A stretch of 64,000 nucleotides of DNA, taken from Lama glama. Taxonomy: Eukaryota. The translations under genes and the position numbers were made by a program. Location of the stretch: NCBI GenBank assembly GCA_028534125.1, contig CM052816.1, positions 18,478,001 to 18,542,000 of the forward strand, given 5' to 3'. Every line of letters starts with the position of its first letter. The stretch's first letter is position 1. Under the pieces are notes generated by a model. That model made no database searches and was not told the origin of the DNA. It saw nothing but the letters and a program-made list of their open reading frames with translations. Positions 14,330 through 28,479 of the stretch are shown in pieces.

Positions 14330-14830
14330 GCAGCAAAGTTTTAAAAGCACAGAATTATTTTGTTTGTTTGTTTTATTAGGTAGAATTCTTACAGTTTGAC
14401 TGCACATACACATTATATTGCACGGAAATACATATATACAGACTACTGCACATTTTTTGTTTACATATATGTACTGATTATTGTTTCTAAGAACAGATTA
14501 GAGCTTTAGCTTTTTAAACTTGTATTAGTTATCAAAGGAATAAAGCCAACTACAAAATAAGAATCAACAGAATGCGGTAATCCAATCATAAAGGACAGTC
14601 AAATGAAAAAGCACAGACTTTAGAGTCAGAGAACCTTGGCCAGTTACTAGCTGTGCGACCTCAACCAAGGTACTTAAATTCTTGGGGTTAATACTAGTTT
14701 CATTTTCCATCTTAAACCAAGAATAATATCTATTTCACATGGTTGTTCCGAAGATTAAATTTAATGCAGTCTCTTTCATCACGCTATCAGTTATATAAAA
14801 GGCACTTGATAGATAACACTTGGTATTATA
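14330..14830 (+). mobile_element. MIR SINE interrupted by a 253-bp insertion
   Basis: aaagcacaga|ctttagagtcaga...cagttactagctgtgcgacc...aagattaaat follows the MIR core. Confidence 0.7.
14354..14606. pseudogene. TSD-flanked non-repeat insert, probable retrocopied mRNA 3'UTR fragment (source not identified)
   Basis: Perfect 11-bp direct repeats aaaagcacaga (14343-14353 and 14607-14617). UTR-like AT-rich body with AATAAA plus an A-rich tail on the minus strand. Confidence 0.55.
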
Positions 14831-15204
14831 AACTATACAAAAGTATTTAAAAATATTTAGCTTTAAGTGAAATGTAACTATTTTTTTTTTTGTAGTACTT
14901 AATTTTAATGCCTGGCGGTATGTATGGATTTAGCCATTTGGTCCAATAAATGGTCAACTGATAACAACACTTTGTTTCCAGATCATCTACTTTACTTTAT
15001 ATTCATCAGAGATGTTTTATCTTTATGTTTTTGATAAGCTGTTAGTACACTCTGCCTTTAACGTTTATAGGACTCCTCTCTATGAAACTGTTATTTAACA
15101 CCATTTGGCTTCAATCTCTCAAGTTACACTGGCAACCACTTAACAGGTGGATAGTGTATCTATAGTCAGCAGTAACTGTATTTATGTGTTTCTATAATTT
15201 CCTC

Positions 15205-15440
15205 CATTCATTTAACAAATATTTATTGAGGATCTACTGTATATCAGATTCTGATCTAGGTACTAGGGATGTGGCAGTAAACAAAAGATGCTATAAAATC
15301 TGTTTTCATAGAGTTTATAGTCAAGATGGGGAGGGGAAAGAGGCAAAATAAGTGAAGACAATATATACTATATTGGATTGTAATATATACTATAGAGAAA
15401 AATCAAGCAGTGAGAGAAAAAAGGTGGGATGGCAGGAAGG
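15205..15440 (-). mobile_element. L2 3' end fragment
   Basis: cattcatttaacaaatatttattgaggatctactgtatatcag is the typical reverse L2 tail. Confidence 0.7.
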
Positions 15441-15529
15441 AGTGCATTTTTATCTTATTTTTATTGTCATTAAAGAGTCATCTCCAACCTCCCCAAAACT
15501 GTTAACTTTTTTAAAAAAAATCCAATTTA

Positions 15530-16551
15530 TTTAAACTAAAAAAAAAAAATAGTTCACCCATTTCCCCCACCCCCTACTTCTGGCAACCACCAATCTGTTC
15601 TCTGAATCTGTGAGCTTGATTTTTCGTTTATTTATTTTTTTAGACTCCACATATAAGAGAGATCATATGGCATTTGCCTTTCTCTTGTCTTACTTCACTT
15701 AGCATAATGCTCTCAAGGTCCAACCATATTGTCACAATTGGCAAGATTTCATTCTTTTTTATGGCTGGGTAATATTCGTGTGTGTATGTGAGATATCTTC
15801 TTTATCCATTCATTCCTCGATGGACACTTAGGTTGCTTCCAACTCTTGTCTACTATCAATAATGCTGCAATGAACATGAGGGTGCAGATGATGTTTTTGA
15901 GCTAGTGTTTTTGTTTTCTTTGAATAAATATCCAGAAGTAGAATTGCAGAATCATACAGTAGTTTTTATTTTTAATTTTTTGAGTAGTCTCCATATTGTT
16001 TTCCATAGTGGCTGTACCAATTTACATTCCCATCAACAGTGCACAAGGGTTCCCTTTTCTCCATATCCTTGTTAACACTTGTTATCTGTTGTCCTCTTGA
16101 TAACAGCCATTCTAACTGGTGTGAGGTGATGTCTTATGGTGGTTTTGATCTGTGTTCCCCTGATGATTAAGGATGTAGAGCATCTTTTCATGTATATGTT
16201 GGTCAACTGTATGTCTTGTTTGGAAAAGAATCTATTTAGATCTTCCATTCATTTTTTTAATAGAATTGTTTGATTTTTTGCTATTGAGTTGTATGAGTTC
16301 TTCATATATTTTGGATATGGTTCCTTACCAGATATATCATTCACAAAAATTTTCTTCTATTCGGTAGGCTGCCTTTTCATTTTGGTGATTATTTCCTTTG
16401 CTGTGCAGAAATTATTTTTCCATTTTTAAATTGAAGTATAGTTGATTTACAGTGTTGTATTAGTTTCTGGTATACAGCATAGTGACTCAGTTTTTTATAT
16501 ATATGTATATACGTATGTGTGTGTGTGTATATGCGTATATATATGTATATG

Positions 16552-16588
<37 letters not shown>

Positions 16589-17245
16589 TCATTTCATATT
16601 CTTTATTACTGGTTACTAGAAGCCACTGAATATAGTTCCCTGCGCTATGCAGTAGGACCTTGTTGTTTATCTATTTGGTACACAGTAGTTTGTATCTGCC
16701 AATTCCAAACTCCCAATTTATCCCTCTGCAGAAACTTTTTAGTTTGCTGTAGTTTTATTTGTTGTTGTTTTTCGTGTCAGATTCAAAAAGTCATCATCAA
16801 TACCTATATTAAGGGGCCTATCAGTTACTTTTTCTTCTAGGAGTTTTACAATTTCAGGTCTCACATTCAAGTCTTTAATCCATTTTATTTTTTGTCTGTG
16901 GTGTAAGATAATGTTCCAATCTCATTCTTTTGCATGTGACTGTCCAGTTTTTCCAACACCATTTATTGAAAAGATTCTTACCCCGTTGTATATTCTTGGC
17001 TCCTTTGTCATAAATTAGTTGACTATTTTTGCATGAGTTTATTTCTGTTTCACTGACCTATGTGACAGTTTTTATGCCAATATTTTATTATTTTGATTAT
17101 TATAGCTTTGTAATGTAGTCTGAAATCAGGAACATGATGCTTCCAGCCTTGTTCTTCTTCCTCAAAGTTGCTTTGGCTATCTAAGGTCTTTTATGATTTC
17201 ATGCAAATTTTAGTACTGTTTGTTTTATTTCTGTGAAAAATATGT
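15530..17245 (-). mobile_element. LINE-1 3' portion, sense to SMAD5
   Basis: Reverse L1 landmarks: ttctggcaaccaccaatctgttctctg, tttacattcccatcaacagtgcacaagggttccc, tatagctttgtaatgtagtctgaaatcagg. Confidence 0.9.
16412..16726 (-). mobile_element. Younger cetartiodactyl-type L1 3' end nested in L1, containing a (TA)/(TG)/(CA) microsatellite
   Basis: ttgaagtatagttgatttacagtgttg...tatagttccctgcgctatgcagtaggacc; flanked by tgcagaaa direct repeats. Confidence 0.8.
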
Positions 17246-17427
17246 CTACTTACATTTTCTTAAAAATACAATATTTGGCAAAATAAAATCCAAAACTCTC
17301 CTGGAAATCAAACAATTACCAAAGAATAAAAGTCAAAAATAGTAAGCTCTTGGCATATAACAGTTCACCCAGAAGATGAGCAGTATAAGAACAATTGATA
17401 ATTCTCAGGGACTGTATTTTTGTATCA

Positions 17428-17724
<297 letters not shown>

Positions 17725-17979
17725 TCAGCAATGACTAAAGCAGATATCTCATATACATGAAGGGATAGATAGAAAGGACGCAGGGAAGACTATAAATCTA
17801 TTAAAACAATCTTTTAGGAAGGATTGCTTTGTAGGACCTTGAATCTGTATCTAAGTAATAACTAAACTAAAAATTCTCTAAGCATTCAGCCTATATAAAA
17901 TACTCTAGAAGACAGAACATTCAGAGAAAAACATCACTCCTGTTCTATAGGAGATCGAACACATTGAAAAAAAATCATA

Positions 17980-18120
17980 ATTACAACATAGGGAAAATAG
18001 CCAATACTTTATAAAAACTGTAAATGGAGTACAACCTTTAAAAATTGTGGATCAATATGTTGTACACCTGAAACTTATATAATATTATATATCAATTATA
18101 TCACCCTCAGCAAAAAAAAA
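17980..18120 (+). mobile_element. Short L1 3' terminal fragment
   Basis: acaacatagggaaaatagccaatac...tgtacacctgaaacttatataatatt followed by an A run. Confidence 0.7.
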
Positions 18121-18377
18121 GAGGTAAATATGTCATCATCTCCATAGATGTTACTGCTGGTGGTCTTGCTTTAATCTACATGCAACTGAGAACACATTCT
18201 AAACCATGTGCACAAAAATATCATCCTTTAGTTTGCAGCCAGGGTAGCCATTTCCATGACATTACTGCATCTTTGCATGTTTGTGCTTTGCCATTCAAGT
18301 CTGTCTAAGCTTTTAATGAAATAAGATGTTCACATGAATTTGAAATAAAATAGTGGATTAATATAACTAAATTTTTT

Positions 18378-18878
18378 NNNNNNNNNNNNNNNNNNNNNNN
18401 NNNNNNNNNNNNNNNNNNNNNNNNNNNNNNNNNNNNNNNNNNNNNNNNNNNNNNNNNNNNNNNNNNNNNNNNNNNNNNNNNNNNNNNNNNNNNNNNNNNN
18501 NNNNNNNNNNNNNNNNNNNNNNNNNNNNNNNNNNNNNNNNNNNNNNNNNNNNNNNNNNNNNNNNNNNNNNNNNNNNNNNNNNNNNNNNNNNNNNNNNNNN
18601 NNNNNNNNNNNNNNNNNNNNNNNNNNNNNNNNNNNNNNNNNNNNNNNNNNNNNNNNNNNNNNNNNNNNNNNNNNNNNNNNNNNNNNNNNNNNNNNNNNNN
18701 NNNNNNNNNNNNNNNNNNNNNNNNNNNNNNNNNNNNNNNNNNNNNNNNNNNNNNNNNNNNNNNNNNNNNNNNNNNNNNNNNNNNNNNNNNNNNNNNNNNN
18801 NNNNNNNNNNNNNNNNNNNNNNNNNNNNNNNNNNNNNNNNNNNNNNNNNNNNNNNNNNNNNNNNNNNNNNNNNNNNNA
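18378..18878. other. Assembly gap (501 N)
   Basis: Run of N bases in the sequence. Confidence 1.
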
Positions 18879-20184
18879 AAGACTCAGGTGATCAATCACA
18901 GTACAAATATGATTATCTTTCCCTGTAGGAAACTGAAACATACCTGATTCCTTTAATCTCTTACTATACACCAATTCAGTTCCTTTACAACTTTCCTCAT
19001 CTGTCAGTGTAATTTCACTCCCTAAAATCTCACTTTGAATCTGACACCAGTCGGCAGCAACAAAATCAATCTTTTAAGTTAATTAGGTCATACTTCCCCT
19101 CACTGAAGTAGGGATAAACCTGAGGAATTAGAGGTTCACTAAGTATGTGTACTGTTTTTTACCTTTTCATTTTACTGAATTAGTGTTGTAATTATGTGGT
19201 TAATATCTGATTACAACTCTTGTTCAACTGTGTATTACTAACTGCTGTTTCCCTTACAGAATGATGGGACAGCTGCCATTGGATAGCAGGGCCTGAGACA
19301 GTAAGAATTTCTATGTTTAGCTGGCTAGCAATCTGAAAGACTTCGTGAAATCACTACTTAGGAATTCAACCCAGTAAGGATTTCTTTAATTTTTTTTTGA
19401 AGCAGAACTAAAATCATTGACTTCTCTCTTACTCGTACATTATCTACACACTTCATTTTTTTTAAAAATTAATTTTCATTCAAAATAGCACATGGATAGT
19501 TTAAAAAGATAGATGCTACAAAAGATCATAAACAAGAGCAGTTTCTGAGTATCTTCCCAAACTGCTTCTAGAGACAACAAATGTAAACTCTTAGCCATTT
19601 CTTCTAACATTCACTTTGTGCTTTGCTAAATGATATGCTTATATTGCTGTTAACTATTTATTAAGACATTATTTGTAGATTTGCTGCTATGGCAAATTAA
19701 GTAGCTTTCCTACATCATTTTATCCTATTCTTATTCCCTTTCCCCATAATAAAGTTACTTAAAAATTTTTGGTTACATCAATATCCAGTGTCTATATTAT
19801 ATTTTACATATTATACATACATACATATATATATATAAAATGCATTGCTGAGCAAAGTACGTACTATGATTATTTTTTCTTGAACAGTGTTTCAACTAAA
19901 GTTAATTACTGCCTGTTCCTTCAGTTGTTTAATCTCAAGTATGTACCACTAAGTTTCCAAAATTCTAACAGGTCTACCAAATTCCTTTCAATACTATTTT
20001 CCAGATGCCACAAATAAACCAATAATATGTCGATTCCATTTTCTCCCCTGGACCCTCTACCCTTTAGCTTCAATCTAGACTGGCAGCTACTTAAGTCTCC
20101 TAAAAATATGAACACGAAGTCCTTGAACTTCCTCTTCTCTTCTCTTCTGTTGGATCCCATTTCCTGGACCTCATCCTCTATTAC

Positions 20185-20590
20185 TTTCCTAAGAAAGGAT
20201 GTAAGGAAGATAAATTTTGAGTCCCTGCCTATAAGACAATATCTTGTCTAATGTTGGTCTGCAGACAGATTCCAGAATAGATAACTTTTTCCCTGTGAAT
20301 TTTGGGGGCACTACTTCATTTTCTTCTAGAATCCAAAACTGTATTGAGAAATCTAATATTTTCATTTCCAGTCTTCTGTATGTGTCCTTTGTGTTCTCTC
20401 TGGGAGCTTTCATAATCTTCCTTTTATCCATAATTAAAATTTCACGTGTGGGTCTTTTTCTATCCCTTGTTTTGGTTACTCAGTCACTAGGCCCTTTCAA
20501 TGTTCAGTTCTAGGAATTGTTGTAGTAGTATTTCTTTGATAATTTTCTCTTTGCCATTTTCTCCAATGCTCAATTTCTAGAATGCTCTAT
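20185..20590 (-). mobile_element. Ancient L1/HAL1 ORF1-like fragment
   Basis: ORF 20189-20431 (KRKIMKAPRE..TY....ILDFS...W) resembles the ORF1p C-terminal region. Confidence 0.55.
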
Positions 20591-20639
20591 TTTATTAGAA
20601 TGATATTTAATTTGAAACTTATTCTGAACCAGTTAATAT

Positions 20640-21145
20640 TTTATCTAAGCACTTCTCATGCACTAATTCATCTAATCCTCATAACAAACCTGAGGTAGGT
20701 ATTATTCCCATTCTACCGGTCACAGAAAGGTTAAGTAACTTACCTGTGGTTAAGTAACTATCACACTGATAGTACTGGTAAAATCAGGATTCAAATCTAG
20801 GAAGTCTGGCTCCAGAACTTAGGCTTAACCAGTACAAAATACCACCTATTAAACATTGGACCACCTGGGTTGGTCCTCAACTTTTCATTTCTTTCTCACT
20901 TCCCAACTACTTTCCATCTTTTTTACCATTCTGTAACACTTTCTGGCTCCATTATATATTAGCTATATGATCTTGTATAAGTTACTTCCCTGTTAAGTTT
21001 TGGTTTCTTTATCTATAAACTCATTAGTAAACTTACAGTGTTGTAAAATGTTAGCCTCACTTTCTAACCCTATGAAGGAATAACCTCACAGGGATAGGAA
21101 AGTGCCTAGTCCATAAGTGCTCAATAAATGTTCATTACTATTACT
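20640..21145. mobile_element. Two MIR fragments in opposite orientations
   Basis: taatcctcataacaaacctgaggtaggtattattcccatt (minus) and gatcttgtataagttactt...tttctttatctataa...aagtgctcaataaatgtt (plus). Confidence 0.65.
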
Positions 21146-21719
21146 TACTGTTACTACTACCTTATTAATACTACTGGTATAGTATAGTGATTCATCCTGT
21201 GCCACAGCTGCTTAACTTACTTAAGCATATCAGAGCTAAACTCAGTCTTTTCTATAGAATGAATCATAGCTGAGAAAAACAGATTTTATTTCCATTGGCT
21301 GATTGTCAGACACACCCTGGCTATGGCAGAATATACTAAATTCCTAGACTTTCTTTCCAGCAACTCCTAGCAAATCAAGCCTGGGAATTTTTCAGACTAC
21401 ATTTCTCTATTAAAATCCTCACATCTTCTATTCCTCATCAACTCCTCAGGCTCCAGCTTCCCTGGACTCAATAAGAAATTAAAAATCACCTCAAATACTA
21501 GCTGGTAGCTCTTAATCTCTTAAACTTAACTTTCCCTGACAGCACCATCACTGCTATTTTTTCCCTAGTCTCCACATCCAGTGTTATTTTCACAGGTATT
21601 TTTATCATACTGGGCTTGTATTATCTACAGGTGAAATCCAATGTGGTCAGTAGAATCAAGGTGGCTACCATGATTCCTGCCTCTGAGTATTCACCTTTGA
21701 GTAATCCTCTCCCTCTGAG

Positions 21720-22700
21720 GAAGTTTGAGGATAGGTCATGTAGGGTAGAAATCTATTCTAAGTGTGACAGAAAGCCTTTAAGTATTTTTGGGCAGAGACT
21801 GACACAATTTTATATATATTTGTAAAGATCACTCTGGCTGCTACATAGAAAACAGAATGGGTTGGGAGGAAAGCAAAGAGGTAGAGATGCCAATCAGGAG
21901 ACTACATAAGGGGAAAGATGATGATGGTCTGTACTAGAGTACTGGTATTAGAGAGGATGAGAGACGATGTTGTCAAGATATATTCTGAAGGTACAGCAAA
22001 CAGCATTTGCTCATAGTTCAAGTTAAGACTTCAGAGAGAAATAAAAGATGACTTCTAGGTAACAGCTGCAAGAATGCTAGTGCCATTTACCTCAATAGGG
22101 AAAACTGGAGGAAAAAAATGACTTGGTGGGAAAAAAAATCAAAAGTCCTTTTATAGACATACTAAATTTGATGTTTATTGGACATTCAAGTGAAGCTGTT
22201 AAGTATGCAAGTTGATACGGAAGACTAAAACTCAAAGTAGAAGCTGACTTGAGATTTCAAAATGTGAGCATGAGCTTACAGAGGTTTTAAGACATATGAC
22301 AGCATGAAAGTACATAAAGGATAAATGAAGATGAAGAAAAGGTCCAGAGACTGAGTCCTGTGAAAACAGAAAAATAAGCCAACAAAGAGTCTAAGCAAAA
22401 ACAGCCTGTGAGGTAAGAGGACCAGGGGAGTGCAGTTTTCAGAATGTAATATGGAAAAGTTTTGAGTTGGAGGGAAGGAGACCAACTGTACCAAAAGATG
22501 CTGACAGGGCAAGTAAGATGAGGACTGAGAATGAATGACCTCTCTATCTGTAAGAAGGCAATCAACAGTGAATTTGACAAGTCAAATGGTAGAGAAGAAA
22601 GACTAACTAGAGGGGTGTCAAAAAATAGAAAGTAATGTAGAGATAATAAAGATGGAGACTCCTATAAAAGGACTAGAGGAAATAGGACAGTAGATTGGGG
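21720..22700 (-). mobile_element. L2 fragment
   Basis: aaagatcactctggctgctacatagaaaacaga...atatattctgaaggtacagcaaacagcatttgct. Confidence 0.7.
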
Positions 22701-23142
22701 GTGGGGGAATGAGAATGAGATCAAGGTAGGAATTCTTTGTTAACTTGTATTTTAGGTTGGGCGGTATCATGACATGCTTGTACGCTGTCAGAAAAAAATC
22801 TAAGAGAGGGAAAACATAATACTGGGAAGAGAAGTAATAATTATAGAAACAAAGTCCTTGAATAAAAAAAGGGGTGAGATATAGTATACATATGGAACTT
22901 AGGCCTTAGTATGAAGAATAACAGAGAGTACATATGACTGACTGCTTACAGGGAACAATGAATTAGAATAAGCACTTGGGAGCTATAGCAACTATGTATA
23001 AAAAGCTAAATCAAAATTCAATATTCCTTCCAAGATTAGAAGCCTTAAGATGGAAACACAGGACTAAAATAACTTTTTAATTACTAAATTAAGTCAGATG
23101 CAAATCAGAGAGAAGTTTTTATAATTCTTTACAGAGGAGTTA

Positions 23143-23722
<580 letters not shown>

Positions 23723-25929
23723 CTGGAAGAGAAAGGGAAAAAGGATGAGATCTCTAATTTAAATGAATGCAATTAACATACACTTAAATCAATATGACTT
23801 AAAAGTATATTATTTTTAAATAAGAGCAGAAAACCATTACAAAGTAAAACAAAAAAATCTAAGTCTACAAAGAGAAATTTTCTCCGAAGTCACTATCTTC
23901 TTCATAATATGAACAAATAATTCACCTGCAATGCCAAATGATAACCAAAAGCAAAAATATAGTGCTCTACTTCTTATGTATTATCAAAAAAGCAAAACCA
24001 AAAACAACCTCTATATCTTTATTTCCTTTGGTAAGAAGCCCCCGGATATAAGGTTTGATTCCGAGATACTTTTCTTCACTGAAGTCCATGTTAGGTGCTA
24101 TGTCAGTTTTGAACATGGTATTGTCCTGATTTGAACAAAAGTCTTAGAAAACCAGCTCTTCCCTAGGGTCATTATTCTCTTCAAAACATTTCACAGACTT
24201 GTAAGGTTTACACAAAGTCATGTACTACTCAAGTCACATTATTAGAAGCAAATTTTATTAAAAGTTGTCAAAAGCTGTACCAAATCCTCTAATAAATCAT
24301 AACAAACTTATTTGCCAAAAAAGTGGGAAGTATCTACTTTCAAACAGAAGAATGCTACCTTTAAAGAGTATAAATTCGAAGTTTAACCCCAAAATGGATA
24401 CCTTATAATTTTATAATTCCTATTGCCTTCTCTGATATTTTAAGCATGTTAAGTTAATAAGCCGGCTCCAGGCAGACCACCACTCTGCACCCTGAAGAAG
24501 TTCTTGTTGATGGTGACAAGAGGACAGTCACTACTAGTTGATCAGCATCCAAAACAGTGCCTGACATTTAGTAGGCTCTCAGTAAGCATATATTGAATGA
24601 ATGAATCAGTTGGCTCTTAAGATGAAACCTATGGTATGACTTTTTTTAAGTACCATCGTGGCTATTCACAGTACACGGTGCATAACAAGCAATCACCAAT
24701 TATTTGTTGAATTGGACTCTATTTTATTTTACTTCATGTTTACTGGGGTTTTAACTGAGCACATGTATTCTTTTCTGGGAAGGTGCACCCCAATCCAGAA
24801 TAGGCTTAATGCTAGAATTTGCTGCACGTTCCCAGAAAGTGTAAAGTGCTGTGAGTTAACAAACTGTAAAAAGGGCTGACCTCAGCTGTAGCTACGTTAA
24901 GGATGTAGGATAAAAGCCATCTGTATCAGAAAGTAAAGAAATGGTTTGGCTGTTGAGACAAGAAGGGAAATTTCAAAAGAAAAGGAGCACAAACAAAAAA
25001 ACATGTAGGCAGACTATATGAAGAATATTTCCGAGGATATAGAGGAGATAGTCCTGGCTGACTGAGATCTTATTCAGTAAAACTGGAATATAACAGTGGC
25101 TAGACAGGGAAGTGCATGCGTATGAGAGAGAGCATGAATGAGCAATGATATTTTGAAGGAGACGAAGAGGAGCTTGAAAACCAGACACTAGATTAGGGAT
25201 TAACCACTAGAAAGTGCTTAATAAATGTTAATTACTAATCTAGTATCACTATTATTATTAAGTACTAACCATATTATGTACTAATAAGAAAAAAAAGTAG
25301 AAGTTATTTGTGTATATAAACCCAGAACAAAGACTAGAAGGCTACATACGAAATTATTCACTGCAGTTACTTCTGGAGAGAGGTGTGGAATAGGGGACAG
25401 ACAACAGAAAAGGGTCCCATGTGATTTGTTCTATACGTTTCTTTATTGTTTTAACCCTTTAACAAAGGTGTAATGCTAAAATAAAAATAGGAGATAATCT
25501 GAAACAAATTATAACAAATAGAACGGAGTTAACAAGGCTGGTACAAAGAGCAGGTGAAACCAATGCCTGCTATTATAAGTCAGGATGGTGGTTACCCTCT
25601 GAAGGGAAGGGTTGGGGTACTGACTAGAAGGGAACCTGAAGGTTTCTGCCATCCTGGTAAAGTTCTGCATCTCGCTCTGAGTGATTACATGACAGAGCTC
25701 AGTATATGAAAACTGAGCTGGCTAAATACTTAACATGTGTACGCTTTTCTGTTACAATTTAAAAATATCTTCCTGACATAAAAAAGTGTGGAATGGTAAA
25801 CTTCCTTCCTATTTTTCTCCCCATCTTCAGTTCCCCTCCTCACAGGTAATCCCTGTTATGTACAGAAAAATGCATAAACAATATTTATCTCCAAGATCTT
25901 TACACATCTATATAGAAAGAGTTTCCACA

Positions 25930-26550
25930 TTCTTTTCTACTACACTGAATTCCAGTATAAAAGTAATCTTAAAAGTACACCAAACCATGTCATACCTCTG
26001 CTCTAAAATCATCCAGTGGCTGCCCATTACACTCAATATCCAAATTCTTTAACATTACTTTATGGAACCTACATGATCTGGCCTTTGGCATCTCCTCCAA
26101 ACTCACCTCTTAGCATTCTCCTAGCTAACTTTGCATTTAACCACACTTGAAGTCTTCCATTTCTCAAATGCTCCAAGGTCATTTCTACCTCAAGGCCTTT
26201 GCACTTGATGTTCTCTCCCCTGGAATTCTCTCCTCCCAGATCTTAACATGCATGGCTTACTCTCTCAATTAATTTAGCTGCTCAAATGTCACCTCCTGAA
26301 AAAGGACTTTCCTGCCCACTTAGTCTACATAGCATATATCCCACTCCCATATTATTCTCTATCCCCGATCCTGCTCAATTTTCTTTCATGGCATTTATAG
26401 TTATCTGATATTATATCTATTTTATTTATTAACTACATGTCTTCCCCACCAAAATGTAATACGGCAGGTAGCCCTGTCTTCCTTATCCAACATCATATTC
26501 CCTTGGATCTAGAACAGTGCCTATCTGTTAAATAAATGAGTGAGTGAGTA
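25930..26550 (+). mobile_element. L2 3' fragment
   Basis: ctctgctctaaaatcatccagtggctgccc...ggcctttgcacttg...tagaacagtgcct...aaatgagtgagtga. Confidence 0.75.
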
Positions 26551-27794
26551 GGGAGTAATTAAAAAGAAAAAAAAAATTTGTAAAAACATACATACCTTTG
26601 TAAGAGCAAGTATATCAAATTTAAAACAAAAAAATGTTATTTATGAATATGTATATATACAGTGAGAGAATAAAAGTGTGCACGGAAATGATACATACCA
26701 ACCTTAGGATAATGATTCTGATGACCTCGGTGAAAGAAAGAAGAAAGAATCAAAAAGCCTCAGCAGTGTTTCTTTTAAAACTGATTTGAAGAAAATTTGA
26801 CAAATCATCAAATATATTATTTTCTCTATTTTTCTGTGTTTAAATATTTCATAGCTGAAAGAATTCACTATTTTTAATTTTTTCAAGTATTATAATAACA
26901 GAAGATCAGATTCTATCCTTTACTAGGTGTATGAGATGACCAAGTATCACTCTTTCTAAGCCTATTTACTTTTCTGTAAAATAGGGATGATGTTCCTAAG
27001 TAATTAAAATGTTGAAGTAATAAAATCATGTATCTGAAGTACTAAAAACACACATACACATGTATATAATAGATGCTTTATAAACTGAAACATTTTATTC
27101 ACACATGAATTATGATCATTAGTATTCAAAGGAAGAGTCAAGACTTAAAAATAACACTGGAAAAGGGGCAGGGACAAACTTTGCACTCATCTTTTAAAAT
27201 ATGGAATGATCAAAACTTTTAAACATGTTTAACAGATTCTTTCCAAAAATGGTTTATAACTACCCAAACTGCACGGTATGTGCAAGTAATCTAAGTACTT
27301 GTTACCTAAGTCTCAACTTACAAAGTTAAAAAAGTTCATCATAAAAATTCACTAGTGAATAAGCAAAAGATCTGATCAAGCACTTCACAAAAGATATCAA
27401 AATAGCCATTAGATGGTAAAATGGGCTCAACATCATAAGTTATAATAGAAATTTTTTTGAAACTTTATTTCAACAAATACACAAAGCCATCTACTGAAGA
27501 GGTATCATTATTTTATAAACCATGAAGGAAGCAAAAGGTGCAAATTAAACTATCACACCATGCTTTCTTATCACTTAAATTTTTTCTTCATAATATCATC
27601 TTTCTGCCATCAACACTGTAGGTCTGAAGAGTGTTCCAATATTACCCTAGGATTGTCATTCAAGCCACTGAAACCCATCCTGCAAGATACTGGTGCTTGC
27701 TTGATCTTCCCAGAGGGTGTAAATGAAAGAAATGACAGCAATAAAAACAGCAAAGACAGAGTTTGTGCACATGGAACGAAAACAACTTCAAAAC

Positions 27795-27900
27795 TACCAC
27801 CTGGTCAAAATCAATATTCAGATGCCATCGGCTGTAAGACACATCCCAATTTCAGAGATGTTATGAGGTGAAAAAAACATAGATCTCAGAAGCAATAAGG
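27795..27900. mobile_element. Tc2/MER104-like DNA transposon remnant
   Basis: agatgccatcggctgtaagacacatcccaatttcagagatgtt; family assignment from recall. Confidence 0.45.
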
Positions 27901-28479
27901 CAGCTTTTTCTTTCCTCCTCCTCACAAAGTCCTTTCTGATGTTTCCATTACTTCCCGACAGTATCTACTGCTCTCTCTTCTCTTTTGTTCTCATTCCTTT
28001 GACTCTTCTCCTTTCTTGCTTCCCCTTTCTCCATTCCTCATAGCTTCTTACAGATTCCTCAGTGCTGATTTTGGAGAAGCTTGGCTACTACCTAATGATG
28101 TATAAACTACCAAAGGAAAATGAACTTCTCTTTTAAAAGGACCCAATTAGAATCTATTCTTTTTCTGCTTCATACAGTTCTGCACTTCTTAAATTTGAAT
28201 TTCTTGTAGAGTTAGGGAAAAAAACCAATTTTAAAACCAAAGTGCAGATGTCCCTCAACCATACTAAAATTCTTACTAAATAGAGGATTTGTATTATAAG
28301 AGTCACTCATTTTCCAAAAGAATTCTCTCCAATAATATTTAGGGCAATACAAATGTGGAGACTGAAATTTAAGAAAAATCAAAAGAAAACTAGGGGTAAA
28401 TATTTTCTGCTCCCAATAAATAGTAGTAAGAATTCATTTTTCAAAAGCACTTATCTTCCTGTACTGGAATATCTCTTGT

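Noticed and set aside
18330..18974. 214-aa ORF in the track
   Set aside because: Artefact of translating through the N gap.
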